Shown piece by piece: positions 1-9,801 of a stretch of 64,000 nt of DNA. How positions within the stretch are numbered: the first letter of the stretch is position 1; each line of letters begins with the position of its first letter. Source of the stretch: Candidatus Babeliales bacterium (GTDB taxonomy: Bacteria > Babelota > Babeliae > Babelales > JANWKD01); contig CAVXJH010000007.1 in assembly GCA_963762115.1 (NCBI GenBank), forward strand, positions 95,635 through 159,634, read 5' to 3'. A model generated the notes under the pieces. That model made no database searches, was not told where the DNA came from, and saw only the letters and a program-made list of their open reading frames with translations. Position numbers and translations under genes: made by a program.

Positions 1-930
1 GACGCCGGAACCTTTATTCAAAAAGGTAAACTCGAACAATTATTTGAACTTTGCGAAAAACATGACATTGATGAAGTTATTATTTCTGAACCAATTTCAC
101 CGCAACAAGAACGTAATTTACGCGATCACTTGCATAGAAAAGTTTTTGATAGAACACAACTCATTTTAGAGATTTTTGAAAAGTCAGCTCATTCAGCTGA
201 GGGTAAAACTCAAGTACAGATTGCTATGTTACAACACAAAAAATCTCGCCTTTCTGGCAGAGGTGTTCATTTAGCGCAACAATCTGGCGCAGCAGGAACC
301 ATGGCCGGCGCTGGTGAAACAGCAAAAGAACGCGAACGCCGTCACATTGAAGATGATATTTTAAAATTAAAAAAGCAACTTCTCAGAATTCATCAAACCC
401 GCGATACGCAACGCAAACAACGTTTAACCCATGACGTTCCTTTAATGTGTTTAATTGGTTATACCAATGCTGGCAAATCGACCATTTTAAATGCGCTTAC
501 TAAAAGTGATGTTTTAGCCGAAGATAGATTGTTTGCTACGCTTGATACAACAACGCGACAATTATTCATTAATGGGAAAAAGAAAGGCGTCCTTTCTGAC
601 ACTGTTGGCTTTATTCAATTGCTTCCACCAAAATTAATTGAAGCATTTAAATCAACACTCATGGAATTACAATATGGAGATTTGTTGCTTCATGTAGTTG
701 ATATCGCTGATCCTAACTGGGAAAATCATATTCATGTTGTTGAGCAAATTTTAGAAGATTTAGAAGTTGAAAAGCCGACACTCTATATTTTCAACAAGGT
801 TGATAAGATCACTGTAACACCTGCCTTACAGGATTTAACTGATAAATATCAGCCGCATGTTTTTGTTTCTTCAAAAACTAAAGAAGGATTAAAGCCTCTT
901 ATTGATTATATTGAACACTGGGAATTATAA
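1..930 (+). CDS. hflX: GTPase HflX (5'-truncated by window edge)
   Basis: Frame open from base 1 (DAGTFIQKGKLEQL...); DRTQLILEIF, G1 GYTNAGKST, LFATLD, DTVGFI, NKVD motifs. Confidence 0.95.
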   Translation, partial: DAGTFIQKGKLEQLFELCEKHDIDEVIISEPISPQQERNLRDHLHRKVFDRTQLILEIFEKSAHSAEGKTQVQIAMLQHKKSRLSGRGVHLAQQSGAAGTMAGAGETAKERERRHIEDDILKLKKQLLRIHQTRDTQRKQRLTHDVPLMCLIGYTNAGKSTILNALTKSDVLAEDRLFATLDTTTRQLFINGKKKGVLSDTVGFIQLLPPKLIEAFKSTLMELQYGDLLLHVVDIADPNWENHIHVVEQILEDLEVEKPTLYIFNKVDKITVTPALQDLTDKYQPHVFVSSKTKEGLKPLIDYIEHWEL

Positions 931-955
931 ATTACTTTTAAAATAGTTCATAAGG

Positions 956-996
956 CTCTTCCAAAATAGTTTTTAGTTTACTAGAGTAACTATCAG
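956..996 (+). promoter_or_regulatory. Putative sigma70-type promoter, copy 1 of a duplicated upstream element
   Basis: TTCCAA(959-964)-N17-TAGAGT(982-987); near-identical to 1312-1352. Confidence 0.6.
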
Positions 997-1037
997 AGCA
1001 TTCAATAATCATTTTTTCTAATAAAGGAAGTATTTTT

Positions 1038-1277
1038 ATGAAGAAATTCTTTTATCTCGGTTTTATTGTATTTTCTATGATTTCAAGCTCAAAAAGCAAT
1101 TGTATGTCTAAAGAAAATAAAGTGTCTCATGAAGAAGCAAGAACCGCCACGACAACACTTATTCGCTATTTTATGCAAAAACAAGAAAATAAACACATTA
1201 AGAACATGGTACGTGATGCCTATGCCATATCAAAAATAGGTCTAAAAGATGGCGAAAAGATTAAAGCTGCTCTCTGA
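1038..1277 (+). CDS. Small secreted protein (signal peptide followed by Met)
   Basis: MKKFFYLGFIVFSMISSSKSNC|MSK; AAGGA RBS upstream. Confidence 0.7.
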   Translation: MKKFFYLGFIVFSMISSSKSNCMSKENKVSHEEARTATTTLIRYFMQKQENKHIKNMVRDAYAISKIGLKDGEKIKAAL

Positions 1278-1311
1278 TTATATTTAATACTACCATGCTG
1301 CATCATAAAGA

Positions 1312-1352
1312 CTCTTCCAAAATAGTTTTTATTTTACTAGAGTAAAAATCAG
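1312..1352 (+). promoter_or_regulatory. Putative promoter, copy 2
   Basis: TTCCAA(1315-1320)-N17-TAGAGT(1338-1343). Confidence 0.6.
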
Positions 1353-1390
1353 TTCATCTAATAACCACTTATACTCTAAGGAGTGTTCTT

Positions 1391-2296
1391 ATGAAGAAGT
1401 TTCTCTATCTTAGCTTAACCGGCTTAATGGTTTTAAGCACAACAACACGTTGCATGGAACAAATTATTAAAGCCGATGAAGAAGCACAAAAAGATGGAAG
1501 TGTGCAAACAATAATCTTAGAATCAGAAAATGCATTAAAAGTACAGGGACCACAATTACCAGCAAAAAAAGAAGTGATTCAAGCGTTCTTGGAAGCCTAT
1601 GTTGTTGTCTCAACGATGGGCCGTTATGGCGTTGCATCATCAGAACCATTTGCAATAATGAAGGAATCATACGCCACCGTTAAGGCCATTAACAAAGGTG
1701 ATAAAGAAAAAACACGATTAGAATTATTTGATGGCTATTGCAGTGCTGATGAAGAATATTATGAAAAAGGACTTGACGACGAAGAAAAAACCGCTCAAAA
1801 AATTAAAGCTATTGACTCACTCGTAGCATTAAGATATCAATCAAAACTTAATGACAATCAAAAAAAACATGCCGCATTAATGCAAAGAAAAGAAGAACTA
1901 ACTAAAACTATTAAAGAATTACTCAATAAAAAAACCGCTATTCAAGAAAAATTGCGTGAAAAAGAAGAAGAAAAATCGCTTCTTGAAAAGGTTAACGCCA
2001 TGCATCATAACTCTAAAGAACAAGAAAACTCCTTACTTCGTTCGCGCAAAGAAACATTAACTGAAGAAATAAAAGCTATTGATGAACGCATTGCAAAACA
2101 CAAAGAAGAATCTAATGCTTTACTTGAAGGTGATGTAATGCAAAGCGTGGTTGCAGATGCTATAAAAGACCATTCCGATGTTGAAGCTGGTCTTTTAGAA
2201 AAAAAAGCAGAATTACAAGCAAAATTCGATAAAATTAATGCTGTTATTGAAAAGCTAGAAATACCAAAGACTGGTTGGTTTGGTAATTGGCTATAA
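1391..2296 (+). CDS. Secreted coiled-coil protein, candidate effector
   Basis: Signal peptide ...TTTRC|MEQ; long K/E-rich coiled coil; aromatic tail TGWFGNWL; AAGGAG RBS. Confidence 0.8.
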   Translation: MKKFLYLSLTGLMVLSTTTRCMEQIIKADEEAQKDGSVQTIILESENALKVQGPQLPAKKEVIQAFLEAYVVVSTMGRYGVASSEPFAIMKESYATVKAINKGDKEKTRLELFDGYCSADEEYYEKGLDDEEKTAQKIKAIDSLVALRYQSKLNDNQKKHAALMQRKEELTKTIKELLNKKTAIQEKLREKEEEKSLLEKVNAMHHNSKEQENSLLRSRKETLTEEIKAIDERIAKHKEESNALLEGDVMQSVVADAIKDHSDVEAGLLEKKAELQAKFDKINAVIEKLEIPKTGWFGNWL

Positions 2297-2318
2297 ATTA
2301 AACTATTAGAAAGTAATG

Positions 2319-2346
2319 AAGAGCCCATCAATTGATGGGCTCTTTT
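2319..2346 (+). terminator. Intrinsic terminator
   Basis: aagagcccatc-aatt-gatgggctctttt hairpin plus T tract. Confidence 0.8.
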
Positions 2347-2380
2347 ATTTGATATCATTCTTATCAATTCACAATCATAT

Positions 2381-2420
2381 CTTCCAAAAAAAATACTGTT
2401 GTACTATAGTAGGTGCAGTT
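2381..2420 (+). promoter_or_regulatory. Putative promoter, diverged copy 3
   Basis: TTCCAA(2382-2387)-N17-TATAGT(2405-2410). Confidence 0.55.
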
Positions 2421-2461
2421 TCAATAAACTATAACTATCACCATTAAGGAGTATTCTTGTT

Positions 2462-3811
2462 ATGAAGATTTTATATTCCACCCTTGCATTATTATTATAT
2501 ATAAACGCGCCATTATACTGCATGGAAGAAGAACAAAGGCAACTCGGCTTTCCATCTTCTAGTAATAATAATGATGCGGATATTTCTGAGTTCTTCTTAG
2601 CTGATGCTGCAGAACAAAGCGGCGTCCCTTTAAAACGAACGCATACTAAAGGCCCTTCAACAATTTTTATGGAACGTGTTGACACACACAATCATGAAGA
2701 AGCAAGCGACATAACAACAGGCTTTTTTGCAATGCCAACAAAAGAGGCGGGAAGCGATGAATACGCACAAGAAGACGTAGATAATGATCCAACTGAAAAA
2801 AAATCTACAATATTGATAACAAAAATATTTGAAGAACATGTAATTCCACAATCCAACGAAAATAACAATAATCAAGGACCACAAATGACTCCCTTGATTC
2901 CACAATTATTTGATAAAATCGAAGATCATAAACAAAAAAGCAATTTTTCTTGGACAAAGATACTTGAAATATTTAAAGCTGATGATGAACGACAAAAAGA
3001 ATTACTCGGTGATAATAATTTATCAGAAGTTATTTCCAGGTCACAGAACGAAACTTTAAAAGTATATTATTCTAGCCTTGCACATCTTGGAGAATTGACA
3101 GAACTTTTCTGGATCTTAAAAAGCAAATTATCAAAAATGCCTATTGAGGAAAAGAAACTGTCGGTTGAATTTGAGCATAAAAACTACATATATGCGGGCA
3201 TAATTAAAAGATGCAGTAACAATAAAGAAGAAGCAAAAGCACTCTTATTAGGAGTCGCTGATTATGAAAGTGACGAAGAAAAAATTATTGATGGCGATCT
3301 AGAAAATGATGAACCTGGTGTATATCGTTTATCAAAAAACATTTTGACCTATGCATTACCAGCTTTGACAAAACGAATAAATGAAAATCAAGCATCTGTT
3401 GATAGTTCTATACAAGAAAAAGAGCTCATAGATAATAAAATAGCTGTATTAGAAAAGCAAAAACAAGAAGTTTTAGCAAAATTAAATCAAGAACTCACCA
3501 ATAAACGACAATTAAAACAAGCAGAATTGATCATTAAACAAGAAAGAGAAACCCAAAGAGAATATTTATTAAGAAAACAAGCAACATTAAAAAAAGCTAT
3601 AGTTTTTCTAGAAGATAAAATTAATGATTTATCACATCAAAGCGAAGAAGCAGTACTACAACAAGCAAATGACAAAAAAATATTATTAAACAAACAAAAA
3701 AAAGCAACCGAAGAACAACTGAGCAAAACAAAATTAATATTAGCTGATCTTGAAAAAAATTTAAAAAATTTTGATACTCCAACTGGCTACAAGCTTTGGA
3801 GAGGAAAATAA
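2462..3811 (+). CDS. Secreted coiled-coil protein, probable paralogue of 1391..2296
   Basis: Signal peptide ...APLYC|MEE; acidic YESDEE motif, coiled coil, tail TGYKLWRGK. Confidence 0.8.
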   Translation: MKILYSTLALLLYINAPLYCMEEEQRQLGFPSSSNNNDADISEFFLADAAEQSGVPLKRTHTKGPSTIFMERVDTHNHEEASDITTGFFAMPTKEAGSDEYAQEDVDNDPTEKKSTILITKIFEEHVIPQSNENNNNQGPQMTPLIPQLFDKIEDHKQKSNFSWTKILEIFKADDERQKELLGDNNLSEVISRSQNETLKVYYSSLAHLGELTELFWILKSKLSKMPIEEKKLSVEFEHKNYIYAGIIKRCSNNKEEAKALLLGVADYESDEEKIIDGDLENDEPGVYRLSKNILTYALPALTKRINENQASVDSSIQEKELIDNKIAVLEKQKQEVLAKLNQELTNKRQLKQAELIIKQERETQREYLLRKQATLKKAIVFLEDKINDLSHQSEEAVLQQANDKKILLNKQKKATEEQLSKTKLILADLEKNLKNFDTPTGYKLWRGK

Positions 3812-3832
3812 ATTTATAGAAAGCCCATCGAC

Positions 3833-3872
3833 AAAAAAAGAGCTCATCTTTCATTGATGAGCTCTTTTTTTT
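3833..3872 (+). terminator. Intrinsic terminator (possibly bidirectional)
   Basis: aaaaaaagagctcatc...gatgagctcttttttt. Confidence 0.8.
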
Positions 3873-3947
3873 GTTTGCTTAAGCATACAAAATCAATTAT
3901 TCTTGAATTCTAGAGTATTACAACACCATTTTTATGCATATAGAATC

Positions 3948-6191
3948 ATGAACCATCAAGAATCATTCAATCATTTTTTTTCAACACAACTTAATCCTGC
4001 ACAACAACAAGCAGTCGCGCAAAAAGATGGCTCATTGCTTATTATTGCCGGCGCAGGTTCAGGAAAAACACGGGTGATTACTTCGCGTATCATCAATCTT
4101 ATGCTTAATGAACACGTACCTCCCTATGCGATTGTTGCCCTTACGTTCACTAATAAAGCAGCAATTGAAATGAAAGAAAGAATCGCTGCCATGCTTGGCA
4201 GTGGTCCCAAACCCTTTATTGGCACCTTTCACGCTTATTGCCTACATTTACTCAGAACCAATCCTCATTTGGCACCATTTTCCCCTTTTGCAATTCTTGA
4301 TGCTGACGACCAACAAAGCATGTTACAAGGATTAATTAAACGTGCGAAAATAGAAAAAAAAATTACCGCTAAAAATCTTGGTTACCAAATTTCTATGAAA
4401 AAAAATAGCGGTACGCAGCAACCTGAGCACGCACTGTCGCAACAAGAGCAAATTTTTGAACAACTCTATGCAGCATATGAAAAAGAAAAAAAATTAAACA
4501 AGGTTATTGATTTTGATGATTTATTAATTGAAGTAAATAAATTATTTGCTAATAATGTTAGCTTTAAAGAAAAATTCCAGGCAAATGTGCGGCATATCTT
4601 AGTTGATGAATATCAGGACACAAACAACATACAGCACACATTGTTAAAACATATGACCCTTATTAATAATCAACAATTTACTGTCGATTCTTTATGTGTT
4701 GTTGGTGATGAAGATCAATCAATTTATTCATGGCGTGGTGCAACTGTTGCTAATATTATGAATTTTACCAGCGATTTTCCAAACACAACCATTGTTAAAA
4801 TCGAACAAAATTATCGCTCTGTGCAACCAATTTTGCAAATTGCCAATCAGGTAATTCAGCACAACACCTATCGCAACCCAAAAAATATATGGTCAAAAAA
4901 AGAAGCACACGATCGAGCACGAATTATAACCTGCTTATCAGGCTATCAAGAAAGTGAAGCATTTGCCCATTTAGTTAAAATCGTGCGAAAAGAAAAAAAA
5001 CAACAAACAATTGCCATTTTATATCGTGCACATTATCAATCTCGCATGATTGAAGAAGCGCTCATTCGCCATTCAATACCCTATAAAATAATTGGTGGCA
5101 TTCAATTTTATGAACGCAAAGAAATAAAAGACATTCTCGCTTACTTGCGCTTGATAGCAAATTCTTTTGATCGCATTTCATTTTTTCGTATTTATAATGT
5201 TCCCCAACGAGGCTTAGGTAAAAAATTTGAAGAAGAGTTCGATGCTTGTTGGCAACAAGAACCGTTATTCACTTTTTTTGAAGTTGGCCAACAATTAGTC
5301 AATGCAGGAGAATTATCGGGTAAAAAAGCAGCCGAAATGCAAGATTTTATTGCTCTTATTCAGGCACTTAATTATGAATCGAAACCTTCTGATTGTATTA
5401 ATCATATTCTTGCAACAACACAATATTTTTCATATTTAAAAGCAACATTTGATCCGGTTGAAGCTGAAGCAAAAATTGAAAACGTTAAAGAATTATTGCG
5501 TGCTGTTGCCTATTTTGAAGAACAAGGCATCAACACTGTTGCTTTACTATTACATGAAATCACCTTAATGCAAGAGAAAATTGCCTTAAGTAAAGATCAT
5601 CATGACCACGTGCAACTCATGACTTTGCATGCAGCAAAAGGACTCGAGTTTGACATCATTGCTTTGTCAGGATTAGAAGAAGGTCTTTTTCCCAGCACAC
5701 ATTCTTTATATGATCCTGCAAGCATAGAAGAAGAGCGACGTTTGTTTTATGTTGGTATTACTCGAGCCAAAGAACATATTTTATTTTCCCATGCTCGTTA
5801 TCGTTATACCTTTGGCACTATGAATGATCAAACTTCTTCACGGTTTCTAGATGAAATTCCTGAACATCTTGCACATCGCTCTGATGCATCAGGTTGGGAT
5901 ACGCTGCAATCTTCGTCTTTTTTTTCTCAATGGCTTGGCACAGAAATGCCAGAAAAACGTTCTCCGATTATTACCTTTGGAGCGGCAAAAACAATTAATG
6001 CACAACAATCATCAGAAAAAGCTCCCGAAAGCTCAATCGCTTGGCGAGAAAAACAATCCGTGCGACATCCAAAATTTGGTCTTGGCATTATAAAAAGTCT
6101 TGAACGAAAAGACAGTACAACAGTCTATGCTGATGTACAATTCAAAACGGGACTCAAAAAAATAAAAGCCGACTTTTTAAAGCCGGCTTAA
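3948..6191 (+). CDS. pcrA: ATP-dependent DNA helicase UvrD/PcrA
   Basis: AGAGSGKT, TFTNKAA, DEYQD, GDEDQSIYSWRG, HAAKGLEF, EERRLFYVGITRA; C-terminal VRHPKFGLG Tudor-like domain; start moved to ATG 3948. Confidence 0.95.
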   Translation: MNHQESFNHFFSTQLNPAQQQAVAQKDGSLLIIAGAGSGKTRVITSRIINLMLNEHVPPYAIVALTFTNKAAIEMKERIAAMLGSGPKPFIGTFHAYCLHLLRTNPHLAPFSPFAILDADDQQSMLQGLIKRAKIEKKITAKNLGYQISMKKNSGTQQPEHALSQQEQIFEQLYAAYEKEKKLNKVIDFDDLLIEVNKLFANNVSFKEKFQANVRHILVDEYQDTNNIQHTLLKHMTLINNQQFTVDSLCVVGDEDQSIYSWRGATVANIMNFTSDFPNTTIVKIEQNYRSVQPILQIANQVIQHNTYRNPKNIWSKKEAHDRARIITCLSGYQESEAFAHLVKIVRKEKKQQTIAILYRAHYQSRMIEEALIRHSIPYKIIGGIQFYERKEIKDILAYLRLIANSFDRISFFRIYNVPQRGLGKKFEEEFDACWQQEPLFTFFEVGQQLVNAGELSGKKAAEMQDFIALIQALNYESKPSDCINHILATTQYFSYLKATFDPVEAEAKIENVKELLRAVAYFEEQGINTVALLLHEITLMQEKIALSKDHHDHVQLMTLHAAKGLEFDIIALSGLEEGLFPSTHSLYDPASIEEERRLFYVGITRAKEHILFSHARYRYTFGTMNDQTSSRFLDEIPEHLAHRSDASGWDTLQSSSFFSQWLGTEMPEKRSPIITFGAAKTINAQQSSEKAPESSIAWREKQSVRHPKFGLGIIKSLERKDSTTVYADVQFKTGLKKIKADFLKPA

Positions 6192-6211
6192 AATTCACTA
6201 TTTTTGATGTA

Positions 6212-6706
6212 TTATTTTGGCATGCGCTTAACGACAAATGCGCGTAACATCCACGCCATTTTTTCTTGTGTTTCAATAAGATCCGTTAAAAAATTACTCG
6301 TACCAGCATCAGCATATTTATCAAGTGTTATACCAATATCTTTACGAATTTGCTTAATAATTGCTTCATGATCACGTAATAATTGATGCAACATTTCATG
6401 AGCACTCTTGCCCTCACCAAAAAGAGACTCATCAAGAATAGTTAATTTATGAAACTCTTTTAATGAGGCAATTGTTTTCCCGCCAACAGTACGTGCGCGT
6501 TCAGCGACATCATCAATGATATCAAAAAGCTCTTCATATTGCTTTTTAAAAAATAAATGAAGTGGATAAAAATCCTCACCAACAACATTCCAATGATAAT
6601 TTAATGTTTTAGTATATAAAACATATTCATTAGCTAAAAGTTTGTTCAAAATTTCAGCAACATTGCTACAATTTTTTTCTGTTATGCCAATATCTGCTTT
6701 TTCCAT
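6212..6706 (-). CDS. dps: Dps family DNA-protecting ferritin
   Basis: LYTKTLNYHWNVVG, LHLFF, DDVAER, EKMAWML. Confidence 0.95.
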   Translation of the reverse strand: MEKADIGITEKNCSNVAEILNKLLANEYVLYTKTLNYHWNVVGEDFYPLHLFFKKQYEELFDIIDDVAERARTVGGKTIASLKEFHKLTILDESLFGEGKSAHEMLHQLLRDHEAIIKQIRKDIGITLDKYADAGTSNFLTDLIETQEKMAWMLRAFVVKRMPK

Positions 6707-6902
6707 TTTTTCCCTTTACATAAAAAAATTTTATATAAGTTTTTTACCGCAACAAATAACATTTTATCAGCAAATATAATTACATTGCAACAAGTTAACA
6801 ACACCCGATAAAACATTGTATAGTTTTTACTCTTTGCTAAAATACCTCAGCGATGAATAATATCATTTCATAATTATGTATAAACACCTTCAATCACGTT
6901 TA

Positions 6903-6931
6903 TTGACGATTCAAATTGAAAATAATATAAT
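6903..6931 (+). promoter_or_regulatory. Sigma70-type promoter for the zinc-finger gene
   Basis: TTGACG-N17-TATAAT. Confidence 0.6.
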
Positions 6932-6989
6932 TAAAAAACACAAATCAAGACATTAAATAAATTAAAATCAACTAACAGATGGAATTCTT

Positions 6990-7796
6990 ATGAAAAAACT
7001 CTTAAAATTTATTTTTATATCACTCTTAATGATGCATGCACCTTTATGGGGAATGGAAGCCCAATCTAAAAAAACTAATGAATTAATGCAAGAATGTTAT
7101 TGTGGTAGTATAGTTGCACAACATAGATTACGCTATCACATTGATGGGTACCACGCTATTGTTATAAAGGGGAAAAAAGAATATCTATGCCCTAAAGAAG
7201 GTTGTCAATTTAAACCCTTTTCTAAAACAACTCACGTCATTCATCATTTGATGGTAGAACACAAATTTTTTGATTTTACAAAACCTGGAAATCATGAACC
7301 TGAATCAAAACAAGAGGCACAAGCTAAAACAGATGAATCAGTCTTCAGCAGCGCTGATTTATGGAGTGCTGAAAACAATAACGAAGCAACCAACATTAAA
7401 AAATATTGCCAATGCGGAAAAAGATGGCCTCAAGATAAAAGAGAGGCACAACTTCAGCACATTAGAACACATCATTGTGAGATGACTAATTTTGTAAAAA
7501 CATTTATCTGTCCAAACTGCTCTTTTCCAGGTAAAACGGCAGAAGTTGTATTAGAACATAATAAAATCCATACTACCAATAAAAATCAAACTCCTCCCCC
7601 TTCTAAAAAAATCAAAAAAAAAGAATCAAAAAAATCTCAAAGGTTAATAACCATTTTGCCAAATGCACTCCAGCAAACTTCAGTCCCTTTTGAAAATGTT
7701 ACAAACCTACCAAATGACAATGATCAGAAACTCTTAGAGATTTTTTTAACCTATAATTCAGGAGAGCTTGAAGAATTATTTCCAATGATAAACTGA
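6990..7796 (+). CDS. Secreted C2H2 zinc-finger protein with NLS-like segment
   Basis: Signal ...APLWG|MEA; four C2H2-like units (e.g. CPKEGC..HLMVEH, CPNC..HNKIH); PPPSKKIKKK. Confidence 0.8.
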   Translation: MKKLLKFIFISLLMMHAPLWGMEAQSKKTNELMQECYCGSIVAQHRLRYHIDGYHAIVIKGKKEYLCPKEGCQFKPFSKTTHVIHHLMVEHKFFDFTKPGNHEPESKQEAQAKTDESVFSSADLWSAENNNEATNIKKYCQCGKRWPQDKREAQLQHIRTHHCEMTNFVKTFICPNCSFPGKTAEVVLEHNKIHTTNKNQTPPPSKKIKKKESKKSQRLITILPNALQQTSVPFENVTNLPNDNDQKLLEIFLTYNSGELEELFPMIN

Positions 7797-7811
7797 TCAA
7801 TTTAAATTAAA

Positions 7812-8435
7812 TTATTTGAATCGATCAGGCTGTATGATGCCACCAGAAATAATCAAAGACATTGCTTCCTGACGACTTAAATCGATGGAAATAATATCTT
7901 TTTCAGCAATCTGAATGAGAAAACCACTTGTTGGATTGGGAGTTGTGGGAATAAAAACATAGAAAAACTTTTCTTGCGTGAACGGCAAAATTTGTTGAGG
8001 AATTTCACTCGTTAAAAAACCAATGCTATAACTAACTGCCGTTGGAAAAGGAACAACAACAACTTTTTTGAATGCTAATTCACTTTGCGCACTAAACGCA
8101 TTAACCAATTGCTTAAATCCGCCGTACACTTGCTTCATAAGGGGAATTTTGAAGAAAATCTTCTCAAGAAAATGTATTATTGGTTCTAAAAATAAAAGTC
8201 TTATAAGGAGACCGAAAAAAAATATCGCGCCTATTACAAAAAAAAGTTGTGAACCAGGAATAGACCTTAAATACGCAGGTTCCCATTTATAGACTGGTTC
8301 AAGCCATGAATTAATAAGACGAAATGAGAAAATAAACAAGGCAATTGTTAAGGTAAATGGCAATAAAGTAAAAAGCCCGCTTAAAAAAAGTGTTTGAATA
8401 TCATGCCATATTTTATAAAAATATTTTTTTTTCAT
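7812..8435 (-). CDS. DUF502 family membrane protein
   Basis: FLSGLFTLLP, KIPLMKQVY, VFIPTTPNPTSGF, EAMSLIISGG. Confidence 0.9.
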   Translation of the reverse strand: MKKKYFYKIWHDIQTLFLSGLFTLLPFTLTIALFIFSFRLINSWLEPVYKWEPAYLRSIPGSQLFFVIGAIFFFGLLIRLLFLEPIIHFLEKIFFKIPLMKQVYGGFKQLVNAFSAQSELAFKKVVVVPFPTAVSYSIGFLTSEIPQQILPFTQEKFFYVFIPTTPNPTSGFLIQIAEKDIISIDLSRQEAMSLIISGGIIQPDRFK

Positions 8436-8455
8436 TCTATGAATTCCTGCTCATG

Positions 8456-9787
8456 TTAATCTAATAATTGTAAAAGTTGTTTTGAAAGTTGATTACCAAT
8501 AGCTTGAGCATGGTCATAATCAGCATCCTCAATCATAATACGTAATAAATGTTCAGTTCCAGAATAGCGTACAACTAGTCTTCCTTCAATAAGTAATTGC
8601 TGATTTGCACAAATAATTTGGGCAAGCGGTTCAGAACTAAGATCTTTTTTATGTTCAATAGGTACATTTATGATTATTTGAGGAAATTTAACAAAGGTAA
8701 TCATATCCCAATTATTCAGGAGCATAATCGTTTCTAATAAGCGCAACGCAATAAAAACACCATCGCCGGTGTTTAAATAATCCCGTGCAATAATATGGCC
8801 CGAAGGTTCCCCACCTAATAATACATCATGTTTTACCATCGCCATTGCAACGTATTTATCGCCTACTGAAGTTCTAATCAATTTTTTTTGTGATTTATGC
8901 AAAAATATCTCAAAGCCGTGATTCGTCATGCTCGTGCCAACGATGGTGGAATTCTGTTCGTATAATGGATGCTGCATCAATAATGCTAAAATATCATCAC
9001 CATTTTTCAATTGACCATAGCGATTAACGGCAACAACTCGATCTGCATCGCCATCAAACGCAAAACCTATATCAGCGCCAAGTTCAACAACCGTTTTTTG
9101 TAAGATTTCCGGATAAACTGCTCCACAACCTTTATTAATATTAAAGCCGTTTGGTTGATCATATATAACAATCACCTCAGCACCAAACAACCTAAATAAA
9201 TAAGGAGCAACTTTATAGGCTGCGCCATTGGCACAATCCAATACGATTTTTTTTCCTTCCAAAAATTGGAGACGAAAAAATTTCGCTATAAAATCAACAT
9301 AATTTTTTTCAGCTTGATGCCAAACAATATCAAGACCGAGAGAAGTATAATCTGCATTTTCACCCTGTTCATAAAAGTACCGAGTAATGAGCATCTCATC
9401 ATCCAATGATATCTTTCCCTGAACACCATCAACTAATTTAATGCCATTATCATAATAAGGGTTATGGGATGCTGAAATAATAATGCCAGCATTAAAAAAT
9501 AAATTTTGATTCAATAACTGAACAACAGCAGGTGAAGGAAGAACATCGCCATCATATACCTTGACCGGATGTAACATGAGTCCACTCTTAAGAGCAGCTT
9601 TAACAAAAGAACAAGAGACTCGTGTATCATGCACTAATAAAAAAGACGGATTTCTTCCATATTTTTTTTGGGCCCATAATGAAATTGCATTTCCTAATCG
9701 TTGCAATCCATCAATTGTTAACGGAGGGATGCCCACGCATCCTCGAATGCCATCTGTTCCGAAAAGATTCTTCATATCATCTACCAT
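8456..9787 (-). CDS. glmM: Phosphoglucosamine mutase
   Basis: FGTDGIRG, ISASHNP, DGDADR, GGEPSGH, RYSGTE. Confidence 0.95.
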   Translation of the reverse strand: MVDDMKNLFGTDGIRGCVGIPPLTIDGLQRLGNAISLWAQKKYGRNPSFLLVHDTRVSCSFVKAALKSGLMLHPVKVYDGDVLPSPAVVQLLNQNLFFNAGIIISASHNPYYDNGIKLVDGVQGKISLDDEMLITRYFYEQGENADYTSLGLDIVWHQAEKNYVDFIAKFFRLQFLEGKKIVLDCANGAAYKVAPYLFRLFGAEVIVIYDQPNGFNINKGCGAVYPEILQKTVVELGADIGFAFDGDADRVVAVNRYGQLKNGDDILALLMQHPLYEQNSTIVGTSMTNHGFEIFLHKSQKKLIRTSVGDKYVAMAMVKHDVLLGGEPSGHIIARDYLNTGDGVFIALRLLETIMLLNNWDMITFVKFPQIIINVPIEHKKDLSSEPLAQIICANQQLLIEGRLVVRYSGTEHLLRIMIEDADYDHAQAIGNQLSKQLLQLLD

Positions 9788-9801
9788 TCCTACGTTATTT
9801 A

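Noticed and set aside
1038..2530. Lipoprotein reading of the Cys before Met (KSNC, TTRC, PLYC)
   Set aside because: The residues before Cys do not fit the [LVI][ASTVI][GAS]C lipobox; Cys fits better as the -1 residue for signal peptidase I.
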